Assembly: GCA_951406725.2 (NCBI GenBank)
Contig: OX597829.1
Coordinates: 1,612,001 to 1,676,000, forward strand
Length of the DNA: 64,000 bases
Direction of reading: 5' to 3'
Source: Octopus vulgaris
Taxonomy: Eukaryota
Below the pieces are notes generated by a model. It searched no databases, was not told the DNA's origin, and saw only the letters and a program-made list of their open reading frames with translations. How positions within the stretch are numbered: position 1 is the first letter of the stretch; each line of letters opens with the position of its first letter. Positions 52,715-64,000 of the stretch are shown here, one piece after another. A program made the position numbers and the translations under genes.

Positions 52715-52985
52715 AGTTTCTCATGTTATTGTAGAGGTGAATGCATTTGACAACCTTCACAGGTGAAGCTTCATTTTGTTTTCTCTCACCGTAATTTTCC
52801 CATGAGAACTGACTTCACTAATAAACTAAGGATATTTTTAACTAATCTATAACATGTTGACTTGTCATAACAAAGTTAAAGTTACCTGGTGCTTAGATGT
52901 TCTTTTGATAAGGTTTACCGAAGTTACATGTCGCAACAGATCAATTAGCAAAACAAAAGTACCTCTCTGGGAATATAATTCGCAA
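52715..52985 (-). ncRNA. Structured repeat unit U20 (only inverted copy)
   Basis: Reverse complement reads TTCCCAGAGAGG..TTGATCTGTTGCGACATGTAACTTCGGTAAACCTTATCAAAAGAACATCTAAGCACCAGGTAAC..TTGTTATGACAAGTCAAC..TTCTCATGGGAAAATTACGGTGAGAG. Confidence 0.6.
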
Positions 52986-53689
52986 TTTAACTTGTAATAA
53001 GAACCGTCGCTCTAGAAATAATATTCATCATTTACGAAATTACTTTAAGCCTGCATTTTTAAAGATTTTTTCCGAGATATCATTTTGATATACATTTTTC
53101 CTCCAGATGTATAGTTCAAATGTTACAACATTCGGCTGTGTTAATATTATATACATTTAAAGTTTGACCTCCGATCACGAGTAACAGTGAAGTAAGTTGA
53201 GAAGACGCCATTAATGTTGAGCTTATAACTGTAACGGGCCGAAAGAATTTTCGATAGAGATTATGTTAAAGGATGGAAGAAATGAACGTGGTGATTAGTG
53301 TAGTGGCTAAAAAAATGAGTCAGGCGAGCGTGACTGGGTGGTTTGGGAGTATTCAGCTCGCGAAATGCACGCAATAACTGCGGAAATAAAGATGCAATGC
53401 AATTTTCTTAAAAGGCAGGTGAATGTTGCGCGAATGTTCCAACTGAACGGGACTTATACCTTTCTTGCTAAGTGTCTTCTCAACACCTAGGGCAAAGAAG
53501 CTCATTGTATACATTTGTACGTCATGAAAATTAAACACACCAGATTGTTCATTTACAAAGTCATGTGATGGAAAATTAGAAGAAAGAGAGAAAAAGGAAA
53601 CAAGAAAAGGAGGGAAAAGGAAGAAAGGATAAAGAATATGAAGGAGAAAAAGGAAAGAAAATTCGCAGCGACGATGCTCTTCTCGGTAT

Positions 53690-55550
53690 GTATGACGTAC
53701 CAGTTAAGACAATATTTTGCACTTCCTGCATGGATGGTAAGCCAGGGATCTTTCTTTAAAATTTTTCAATTCCATTTTTGATTATTCCAAGTGCTCCTAC
53801 AATTACTGGTATTGTAACCGTTTTGAGATATCACTTTTTTTCGATTTCAGTCAACAAATCTTTAAGTTCTGAGCTTATCAAATTTTTTTGCCGAGGTATT
53901 ATGATCACAAGGTATGCTGATGTCAATCAATATACAGACCTTATCGTTTTGGTTTTTCACAGCAATATCTAGTTTATTAGCTTGGAAGGTCTGGTCAGTA
54001 TGCGCTGGAACGAGGGAACTAATTTGGGATTTATCTTTACCATAAAGTTTGAGATTATCCATGAATAACAAGTGGTTGACTTTTTGTTGGCGGCTTTTGA
54101 ATACATACCTAGCCTTTACCTTCCACAGAATCAGTGTTAGTGGTATCATGCACAGTACAAAGATCATTAGGGAGTAGGCAGTCCCATTGGAAGATGCTTC
54201 TCCTGATTTATATTGTCCCTATGCTGTCAGTTCCGTCTTCCACTTCACCAAACTTTTTCCAAGCACTCTCTCAACATTCGATGCAATACCAAATAGGTTC
54301 ATACATTCCATAATCCAAGAATGTGGGATCATAACGTACGCCTTATGATAATCGCTCCACGACTTGGCTAAGTTAGCATTCCTCCTCTTGCAGTCTCTAA
54401 GTACGGTTTTATCTAACAGGAGTTGATCCTCGGTACCTCTGCACTAACGCTTGCAACCCCTCTTCTCATGTAGCAGGATTCTATTTTTTAATGTTCCAGA
54501 CATCCGTACATTGACTCTGCTAATATTCCAGTCAATAATTTCCACATAAGTGTCAAGTACGTTATCGGCGTGTAATTGTCTACTATATTGTGTTTTTCAA
54601 TGTTTTTGGAGCACAGCGCAGTCCTAATAATTGTCAACCACTCTGGTGTTACTTGGCCGATATTTAACAGGCGCAGGAGTGGCTGTGTGGTAAGTAGCTT
54701 GCTTACCAGTCACATGGTTCCGGGTTCAGTCCCACTGCATGGCACTTTGGGCGAGTGTCTTATACTATAGCCTCGGGCCGACCAAAACCTTGTGAGTGGA
54801 TTTGGTAGACGGAAACTGAAAGAAGCCCGTAGTATATATGTATATGTATATGTGTGTGTGTGTGTGTGTGCTTGTGTGTCTCTGTTTGTCCCCACCCCCA
54901 ACATCACTTGACAACCGATGCTAGTGTGTTTACGTCCCCGTAACTTAGCTGTTCGGCAAAAGAGACCGATAGAATAAGTACTAGGCTTACAAAGAATAAG
55001 TCCTTGGGTCGATTTGCTCAACTAAAGGCGGTGCTCCAACATGGCCGGAGTCACGTCACTGAAACAAGTAAAGAAAAAGAGTAAGGTGTTGAGTTGAGCA
55101 GCTATTCGTGCATAGCATTCACCAAATCTTTTGATCCAGTAGCCCTTAACTCCATCTGGTCCCGGTGCCTTCCAGTTGCCCATTTTTGTTTATTGCTGAT
55201 TTCCTTCACTTACCTCGCTGAAATGATTAGTTCCGCCTGTTTTGGACAGACTACTGTTTGTTTGAGTTCTTGCAACAAATTCAGCATCCTTCTGGTGCTC
55301 CTTATCTTTGCTCCAGATTTCACTCCAAAATCTTTGGCTTTCATTATTATCTGGTATTAATTTTTCATCCGTATACTCTCCATTTATTTCTTTATAGAAT
55401 CTCTTCTGATCTACTCTGAATAACCTGTTCTACTTGTATCACTTCATTCTTTGTCGTATCTTACCATCTTTGCTTTCTTTGCAACGAGGCACTGTTTCGG
55501 TTCCTCAATTACCATTTTCAGGTTTCAGGCCCTTTCTTTCAATATTCTAC
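53690..55550 (-). mobile_element. Decayed Dong/R4-like (RLE) non-LTR retrotransposon, interrupted by a SINE
   Basis: RT motifs IFVLCMIPLTLIL..VNHLLFMDNLKLYGK (FMDD region) fused by deletion to RLE remnant ANKLDIAV..CILIDISIPCD.N. Confidence 0.75.
54669..55082 (+). mobile_element. SINE family B
   Basis: Full-length copy. Confidence 0.85.
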
Positions 55551-56059
55551 TTCTGCTTGTGATCAGAGATGCACATATCGTCAACCACTAAGGGACATGC
55601 TCAACTGGCTATGGTCAAACAACTGATGAGCATATCTTTGGTATTGAACAGAATATTTTCTGTAACCCATCTTTTATACCAAGACAAAACAATGTACATA
55701 ATAACACTTCCAATCAATTAAGACCAGCAGTCAAGGGAGCCACTGCCTGGTACTGCATCAGGGCATTCATTATTATTACATCTGTGATATAAAAATGTAT
55801 TACAAAAGGAGAAAGGGGCTCTCTACCCACCTTTTGACCAGGCTCCCGTGTCTTTTATGGGTTTTCCCACGAGTAACCTTTCGAAGCGCCTCCCCCTATT
55901 GGGAATTTTAATTGTTAAATATTTTCGTTGTTATCTCTGGATTGTTTACACGGATTTTTGAAAACGGACATAACCCTTTGTAACTTTCGTCCTGTGTTTT
56001 ATCCCTAAATGTTATAATTGATTTTTGTCAGCCCTTGTGGCCAATAAACGAATTAATTC

Positions 56060-56117
<58 letters not shown>

Positions 56118-56118
<1 letters not shown>

Positions 56119-56734
56119 TATGTTTGAGTTTTGCTTTATATTTGTACAAGTTGGCTCCAAGTCTCACCCAGAGACCTCAAGAGACAACAGGTTGGAAGTT
56201 CATATTGTCGTTATGCCTAGTGTGCCATATATTGGGGGGTGTTGTACTAATGAATGTCTAAAAAAAAACCGAAAATTATGTTTGTTTTAAACCTTGAGAT
56301 TACATAGAAAGTATTTTGCGTAGGATATGAGCAGTTCCCATGAGCACTATCTTTTGAATTTCTGCCATTTTGGGGTTTCCTGGTATCTGAGTTAGGTAGC
56401 TATCAGCCCCTTTTGCTATCATTCCCAGGGCACCTATGACAACAGGTATTGTTTTAGTCTTCAGGTTCCACATTTTGCTGATTTCTATTTCAAGATCTTT
56501 ATATTTGCTCAGTTTTTGGTAGGTCTTGACAGATACGTTTATATCGATTGGGACAGTCATATCAATGAGGAGGCATGTTCTTTGTTTGAAGTCTTTCAAT
56601 ATGATGTCTGGCTTATTTGCATCTATCTTCCTGTCAGTTTGAATGGTGAAATTCCAGAGGAGTGAGATGTGGTCATTTTCAAGCACTGAGGGTGGTTTGT
56701 GTTCCCACCAGTTTTTTTCATGGGGCAAATCCAG

Positions 56735-56735
<1 letters not shown>
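56118..56735 (-). mobile_element. 5'-truncated Dong/R4-like retrotransposon (RLE domain + 3' UTR) inserted in (TAA)n
   Basis: ORF 56300..56728: LLWNFTIQTDRKIDANKPDII..LLIDMTVP..KLSKYKDL..IPVVIGALG, an open PD-(D/E)xK RLE domain; (TAA)n on both sides. Confidence 0.9.
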
Positions 56736-56804
<69 letters not shown>

Positions 56805-56833
56805 CATTATTATCATTATTATTACTATCATCA

Positions 56834-56915
<82 letters not shown>

Positions 56916-57591
56916 CATTATGAGCTGTCAGAATCGTTAGCATGTCAAACACAATACTAAGTGGCATTTCTCCTAGTTTCGGCTTTTGAGTTCAAAGTTA
57001 CCGAGGTCGAATTTTCCTTTCGACGTTTCGGGTCGATAAAAATAATAATTGTTGAGCATCGGGCTCGGTAATAGACTATACACTCGTTCCACAAAATATA
57101 TTACATTTCTGTCAACAGTATTACCAGCTATTGTTCACAGTAAAGCAACACTTGTATTTTCAAAAAGGAGTCTTCGGCAACAGTATTTTTTTTATTACGA
57201 ATTACATGACCGGAAAATGATATCTGTTCTATTTTGGTATCGCATAATCTTACTGATTATTGATGTTCAGTTGCTCTCTGCAGCTGTGCCAATGATATTG
57301 CATCGATGTTGCACCACTGACTGCAATAACGATTTCTTAACATTATTACAAGGTCACAATTTTTGTAGAGTTGATGAAACATACATGACAGCAACAACGC
57401 AAAAAGTCGGTGCTTCACTCTCTTGTTAGTGCTGAAGGTTTTTGCTGTTTTTGTTTTTTCTGTTTTTTCTCAACAGTTTGATTTCGCGAAATGGGCTTTT
57501 AACATTCGTTTTGTGCAAATGGAAATCTATTTCTACTATATTATTAATGATGATGATGATGATGATGATGATCATGATCATCATCATCATC

Positions 57592-57644
<53 letters not shown>

Positions 57645-57722
57645 TGTTTTGTCTTGGTATAAATTGTTTTGTCTTGGTATAATTGTTTTGTCTTGGTATA
57701 AATTGTTTTGTCTTGGTATAAA

Positions 57723-58203
57723 TTGTTTTGCCTTGGTATAAAAGATGGGCTACATCAAATATTCTGCTCAATACCACAGATTTGCTTGTCAGTTGTTTGA
57801 CCTTAACCAGTTGAGCATGTCCCTTAGTGGCTGACGATATGTGCATCTCTGATCACGAGCAGAAGTAGTGGGGGAGCATCATAGCCATGTGTTGAGAGGG
57901 ATTCTTTAGGGTTTGAATAATTCACCTCTGGAAACATGGGTGGTTCTTTCAACATCCTTAAAAACCCTTATTCAGGGACCGTTTGAGCGGGATGGGCTAC
58001 TCAACCTGAAGAAAATTCTAACTGGGCCCCACCTGCAAGGTCATGTGCTGTTTATCTTGAAATGAGATCACCATGTCGCGCACATATGGTTGTGATGCAT
58101 GTGCCTGGTGTACCCTTATCAGACGGGTAGTCATGATGGGTATATTGGGCTTCGTATATTTTACCCCAGTGTCACTGTGATGGCATGCACTGCTCTCTCA
58201 CTC
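57723..58203 (+). mobile_element. ~520-bp (AAT)n-embedded element, 5' truncated, preceded by a 20-bp tandem repeat (57642-57740)
   Basis: Near-identical to 34530-34995 and 59015-59500. Confidence 0.75.
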
Positions 58204-58267
<64 letters not shown>

Positions 58268-58269
<2 letters not shown>

Positions 58270-58617
58270 CTAAAACAATACCTGTTGTCATAGGTGCCCA
58301 AGGAATGATAGCAAAAGGAGCTGATTGCTACTTAACTCAGATACCAGGAAACCCCAAAATGGCAGAAATTCAAAAGATAGTGCTCATGGGAACTGCCCAT
58401 ATCCTACGCAAAATACTTTCTTTGTAATCTCAAGTTTTTAAACTAACATAATTTTCGTATGTTTTTTTTGGCATTCACTAGTACAACACTAAGTACAAAA
58501 CCAAATATATGGCACCCTAGGCATAACACCAACATAAACTTCCAACTTGTTGTCTCTTGAGGTCTCTGGGTGAGACTAGAACCAGCTTGTGCAAATGTAA
58601 AGCAAAAGTGAAACATA

Positions 58618-58618
<1 letters not shown>
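58268..58618 (+). mobile_element. Dong/R4-like 3' end in (AAT)n
   Basis: TKTIPVVIGAQGMIAKGAD.YLTQIPGNPKMAEIQKIVLMGTAHILRKILS, same family as 56118-56735. Confidence 0.85.
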
Positions 58619-58693
<75 letters not shown>

Positions 58694-58697
58694 TATG

Positions 58698-59539
<842 letters not shown>

Positions 59540-59816
59540 TAACTGGTACATCACACGTATTAACTGGTACATCACACGTATTTAACTGGTACATCACACG
59601 TATTTAACTGGTACATCACACGTATTGAGAAGAGCATTGTCGATGTGAGAACTGTTGCTGCTCATGTATTTTAATTTAACTTTAAAAAAAAAAAAATGAA
59701 CGAACTACTGAGTTTGGTTTAATGGCCTACCAATATACACTATGAGTTTCTTTGCCCTAGGAGTCGGGAAGACACTCGGCAAGAAATGGAAGAAAATTTG
59801 AAAGAAGAAAAAAAAA

Positions 59817-59855
<39 letters not shown>

Positions 59856-59894
59856 GTGATGATAATGATGATGATGATGATGATGATGATGATC

Positions 59895-60106
59895 CTTTCT
59901 CTTATACGCACAAGGCCTGAAATTTTTGGGTAGGAGACTAGTCGATTAAATCGACCCCAATGTTTCACTGGTACGTAATTTATCGACTCCGAAAAGATGA
60001 AAGGTGAAGTCTACCTCGGCGGAATTTGAACTCAGAACGTGCAGATGGGCGTAATGCTGCTAAGTATTTTGCTCGGCGTGCTAAAGATTCTACCAGCTCG
60101 CCGCCT
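59895..60106 (-). mobile_element. SINE family A
   Basis: Family A head on the minus strand. Confidence 0.8.
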
Positions 60107-60109
60107 TTA

Positions 60110-61000
60110 TAGTAATTGTTCTCGAATGATATTTCTGTGTTAAACCGAAAAGAGAAGGGGAAGCTTAAAAGCGAACAAAAATACAGGGCAGTGAACAGGA
60201 AGTATGATATTGAAAGAAGGGGCCTGAAAGTAGTAATGGAGGACCCGAAACAGTACCTCGTTGCAAAGAAAGCGGCCACATACTGCGAGGATGATATTCC
60301 AAACACTGGATTGAAGATTGCAAAGATAAAGTACTGTACAAACACTTGAGAATGAATGAAACTGTGGACAAAATGGTGAAACCGTATGGCATATTACCAG
60401 TCAATGTACATTACTAGCCCAGAAAGAATATAAGAGAGGCCATGACAATATAGCAAGGATTGTCCATTGGACACTTTGCAAGAAGTATGGACTTGACAGA
60501 ACAAAAAAGTGGTACGAATATGAACCCGAATGCATCATCGAAAATGATAATGTGAAAATCCTATGCGATTTTATGATTCAGTGCAACCATAAGATAGAGA
60601 ATAGGAAACCAGACATAGTGTTAATAGAGAAAAAAGTAAACTATGCTGGATCATAGATATAGCATGCTCAGCTGACAACAAGGTAAGCGATAAGGAAGAA
60701 AGAAAATTCGATAGATATAACAGGTTAGCTTGGGAAGTTAAGCGGTTGTGGTCGCTGAAAAGTGGGGTAGTAGTACCAATAATTATCGGTGTCCTGGGAA
60801 CAGTGAGTACGAATCTTGAGAAATACACGGAATAAATAGTGGCTGCAATAATGGTGGAGCACTTGCAGAAAACAGCACTGCTTGGAACCGCTCGAATACT
60901 CCGGATGGCGCTCGAAAAATAAGGGGTGTTACCTTATTTCACTGGTAGTGATCAGCTGGGACCCTAGTACATCTCCAGCGATAGAAGCTGTACAAAGACA
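60110..61000 (+). mobile_element. Decayed Dong/R4-like retrotransposon fragment
   Basis: Frameshifted YKR.HDNIARIVHWTLCKKYGL..WYEYEP..IIENDNVKIL..RKPDIVLI..CWIIDIAC..VVPIIIGVLGTV; ends in (TAG)n. Confidence 0.8.
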
Positions 61001-61001
61001 A

Positions 61002-61064
<63 letters not shown>

Positions 61065-61239
61065 CAGCAGCAGCAGCTGCAGCAGTAGTAATAATGGTGA
61101 AAATAATAATGCCCTGATGCAGTACCAGGCAGTGGCTCTCATCAGACCGCTTGCTATGAAGGGTATCTAGCACTCAATACAGGGGGTCCCACCTCCCTGC
61201 AATCAGGCATGAAGAGGCTCCCTTTCAATATTGCGTATA

Positions 61240-62510
61240 TTGGGTCATCCCATAAATAACGCAATTTTTTCAATTGCATTAACTAAAAGTCGGAGGAAGA
61301 AGGGATAAACTACCTGCATCAACTTGCTATAAAAAAGGTAGTAATTTTACTTCGTCCTTATTCTTAGTGCAAGTTTTAAAGAGTGCAGTTCGATTTTAAC
61401 AATTAGTTTTTCAAAGCTATAATGGAAGTGACAAAGGAGCATATTCGGCATATTTTGCTTTATGAGTTCAATAAAGGCAACAACGCAACTGTAAGTGCGA
61501 TGAATATTAATGCAGTATATGGAGATCGGACAGTAAGCATAAGCCAGTGTCAACGGCAGTTCCAGAATTTCCGATCCGGAAACTACAGCTTAGAAGACAA
61601 GCTTCGTCCTGGAAGATCTGTAGAACTCGACGAGGACGTCCTACCAAACCTGGTGGAACAAAATCCCATCGTATCTGTTGAGGAACGAGCAGAGGAGCTT
61701 GGATTTGGTCGTTCAACCATTCATCGACACGTGCATGCCATCGGCAAAGTCAGCAAATTGGGTCAGCGGGTTCCTCACAAACTTCCCGAGTCTAATCGCA
61801 CGCAGAGAGTGAATATGCGATCTTCATTGCTGTTACGTCTCAAGAGTGAACCATTTTTTGATCGAATAGTGACTGGTGACGAGAAATGGGCTCCCTATAA
61901 AAATGTCAAACGCCGGAGACAGTGGTTAGGGAAAGGAGAAACACCGGCATCCCAGGCTAAAGAAGGTCTTCAATCACATAAGATTTTATCTGTTTGGTGG
62001 GATATGAAAGGTTTAGTCCACTTTGAACTTTTAAACCCAAAACAAGCGATAACAAAGGAGATCTACTGCAAGAAGCTTGAGTGGCTTAAGTCAGCACCAG
62101 AAGAAAAACAGCCATCTTTGATTTCAAGACGAAAGGTGTTCTTTCATCAGGATATTACTCGGCCACATACTGCGAGGATGATATACCAAACGCTGGAGCA
62201 GTTTGAATGGGAATTGAGACTCCACCAACCATATTCACCGGACATTGCCCCATCTGAATATCATTTATTCCGCAGTCTTCAAAATCATCTGGACGGGAAA
62301 ATTATGAAGTCTATAGACGACGTCAGAACTGTACTGGAGGTGTATTTTTCGTCACGGACAAGCGCATTTTGGAAGAGGGGGCTTGGAAAATAAATGGAAG
62401 GACATTGTAGAAAATGAAGAAGAGTAACTTTTAGATTAAAAATGAATTTGTTTATCTTAATTTTGAAAAATAAAAGAATAAAAAACCGAATTATTTACGG
62501 GATAATCCAA
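61240..62510 (+). mobile_element. Full-length mariner DNA transposon
   Basis: TIRs TTGGGTCATCCCATAAATAACGCAATTTT / AAAACCGAATTATTTACGGGATAATCCAA with TA flanks, ~1.27 kb, enclosing a transposase ORF. Confidence 0.9.
61422..62393 (+). CDS. Mariner (Mos1-like) transposase, 323 aa, probably inactive
   Basis: HTH start HIRHILLYEF, RVPHKL (WVPHEL), IVTGDEKW, FHQDITRPH, YSPDIAPSEYHLF; C-terminus shortened by an early stop. Confidence 0.85.
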   Translation: MEVTKEHIRHILLYEFNKGNNATVSAMNINAVYGDRTVSISQCQRQFQNFRSGNYSLEDKLRPGRSVELDEDVLPNLVEQNPIVSVEERAEELGFGRSTIHRHVHAIGKVSKLGQRVPHKLPESNRTQRVNMRSSLLLRLKSEPFFDRIVTGDEKWAPYKNVKRRRQWLGKGETPASQAKEGLQSHKILSVWWDMKGLVHFELLNPKQAITKEIYCKKLEWLKSAPEEKQPSLISRRKVFFHQDITRPHTARMIYQTLEQFEWELRLHQPYSPDIAPSEYHLFRSLQNHLDGKIMKSIDDVRTVLEVYFSSRTSAFWKRGLGK

Positions 62511-62607
62511 ATATATTCAAACGTTTCATTAAATCGAACATGTTCCTACTTTTTCGTATGTTTTTCTTCTGTCTAACACTTGGAATTACTATATGGAAGT
62601 GGAAAAT

Positions 62608-62835
62608 GCGGCGAGCTGGCAGAATCGTTAGCACACCGGGCGAAATGCGTTGCCGTATTTCGTCTGCCGTTACGTTCCGAGTTCAAATTCCGCCGAGGTC
62701 AATTTGTCTTTCATCCTTTCGGGGTCGATAAATTGAGTACCAGTTACACACTGGAGTCGATGTAATCGACTTAATCCCTTTGTCTGTCCTTGTTTGTCCC
62801 CTCTGTGTTTATCCCCTTGTGGGTAGTAAAGAAAT
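62608..62835 (+). mobile_element. SINE family A
   Basis: Full copy with flanking duplication TATATGGAAGTGG. Confidence 0.85.
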
Positions 62836-63469
62836 ATATATGGAAGTGGGACAAAATTAGTAACTGGGTCAAAATAAATAATTTTTATTTTCTCTCATTT
62901 TGTACCATTGCATCATCTTTGGGAGTAAAATTTTGTCAGTAAAGGTTACATAGCTAGGAGAAAAAATTGCTCAGTATAGTTTACATCAGGGGTTCTCAAC
63001 CGGGGACCATACAAAATTTCTGAAGGTCCACATATGAAATGCAGCAAATTGGCGGTCCACAATAATTTTTCAGGGACCATGAAAAATTGTGCTTTAAACC
63101 AGTAGTTTCCAATGGGGACCCTGTATAATGGTGCTCTGAGACTAAGGAACTTGCTTAAAAACTACCCTGAAATATGTTGCTGGGAATCCTGTCTTTACTA
63201 ATTTCTTTACTACTTTACTTTTCCAAACGAGAATTAAAAAAAAAAATAATATATAAAAAAAACAACATATATCTAAGAAGTTGATTATAAAATTCCCCTG
63301 GGAAATCCCAAGAAAGATGAAAGAAATAATACTGAGAAAAAGCAACAACAACAACAACAACAGTAACAAAATTATAAGAATACATACGCGCTTACACACA
63401 CACATACTTGGCTTTGGTATCAAAGAAAAGGGTAAGCATAGCTGGTCAGTGGTACCCAAAGTAATCACA

Positions 63470-64000
63470 GTATATGTGTGCATATATGAATGTATGTATG
63501 TATGTATGTATGTATGTATGTATGTATGTATGTATGTATGTTTGTATGTGTGTGTATGTGTGTGTATGTATGTATGTATGTATGTATGTATGTATGCATG
63601 TATTATGTATGTGTGTGTGTATGTATGTGTGTATGTATGTATGTATGTATGTATGTATGAATGTATGTATGTATGTCTGTATGTATGTATGTTTGTATGT
63701 ATGTATTATGTATGTGTGTGTGTATGTATGTGTGTATGTATGTATGTATGTATGTATGTATGTATGTATGCATGCATGTATGCATGCATGCATGCATGCA
63801 TGCATGTATGTATGTATGTATGTATGTATGTATGTATGTATGTATGTATGTATGTATGTATGCATGTATGTATGTATGTATGTATGTATGTATGTATGTA
63901 TGTATGTGTATGTATGTATGTATGTATGTATGTATGTATGTATGTATGTATGTATGTATGTATGTATGTATGTATGAATGTGTGTGTGTATGTATGTATG
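63470..64000. repeat. (ATGT)n microsatellite
   Basis: Directly visible; runs to the window end. Confidence 0.95.

Noticed and set aside
57049-57429. 126-aa ORF in unique-looking sequence
   Set aside because: Non-ATG start, no recognisable domain and no supporting splice structure.

Overview
AT-rich, repeat-dense animal DNA. The SINE families, (AT)n/(ATAC)n/(AAT)n microsatellites and Penelope/Dong/RTE/mariner content suggest an Octopus-type cephalopod genome (inference). I see no intact host protein-coding gene; nearly all listed ORFs are microsatellite or transposon artefacts. The main unexplained signal is a ~300-nt non-coding unit present 20 times between ~0.9 and ~53 kb: 19 copies on +, the last inverted, 14 of them in 7 tandem pairs. 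It is much better conserved than its flanks and folds strand-specifically into two domains. Domain 1 is a ~90-nt pri-miRNA-like hairpin with basal UG and downstream CNNC motifs. Domain 2 is a ~100-nt three-way junction with compensatory base changes between copies. The unit also overlaps a splice acceptor/donor pair. Best reading: a candidate large clustered miRNA or structured-ncRNA locus. Second theme: several Penelope-like element ends form long palindromes, each carrying a type I hammerhead ribozyme. All folds and alignments were done by eye and coordinates of decayed repeats are approximate.
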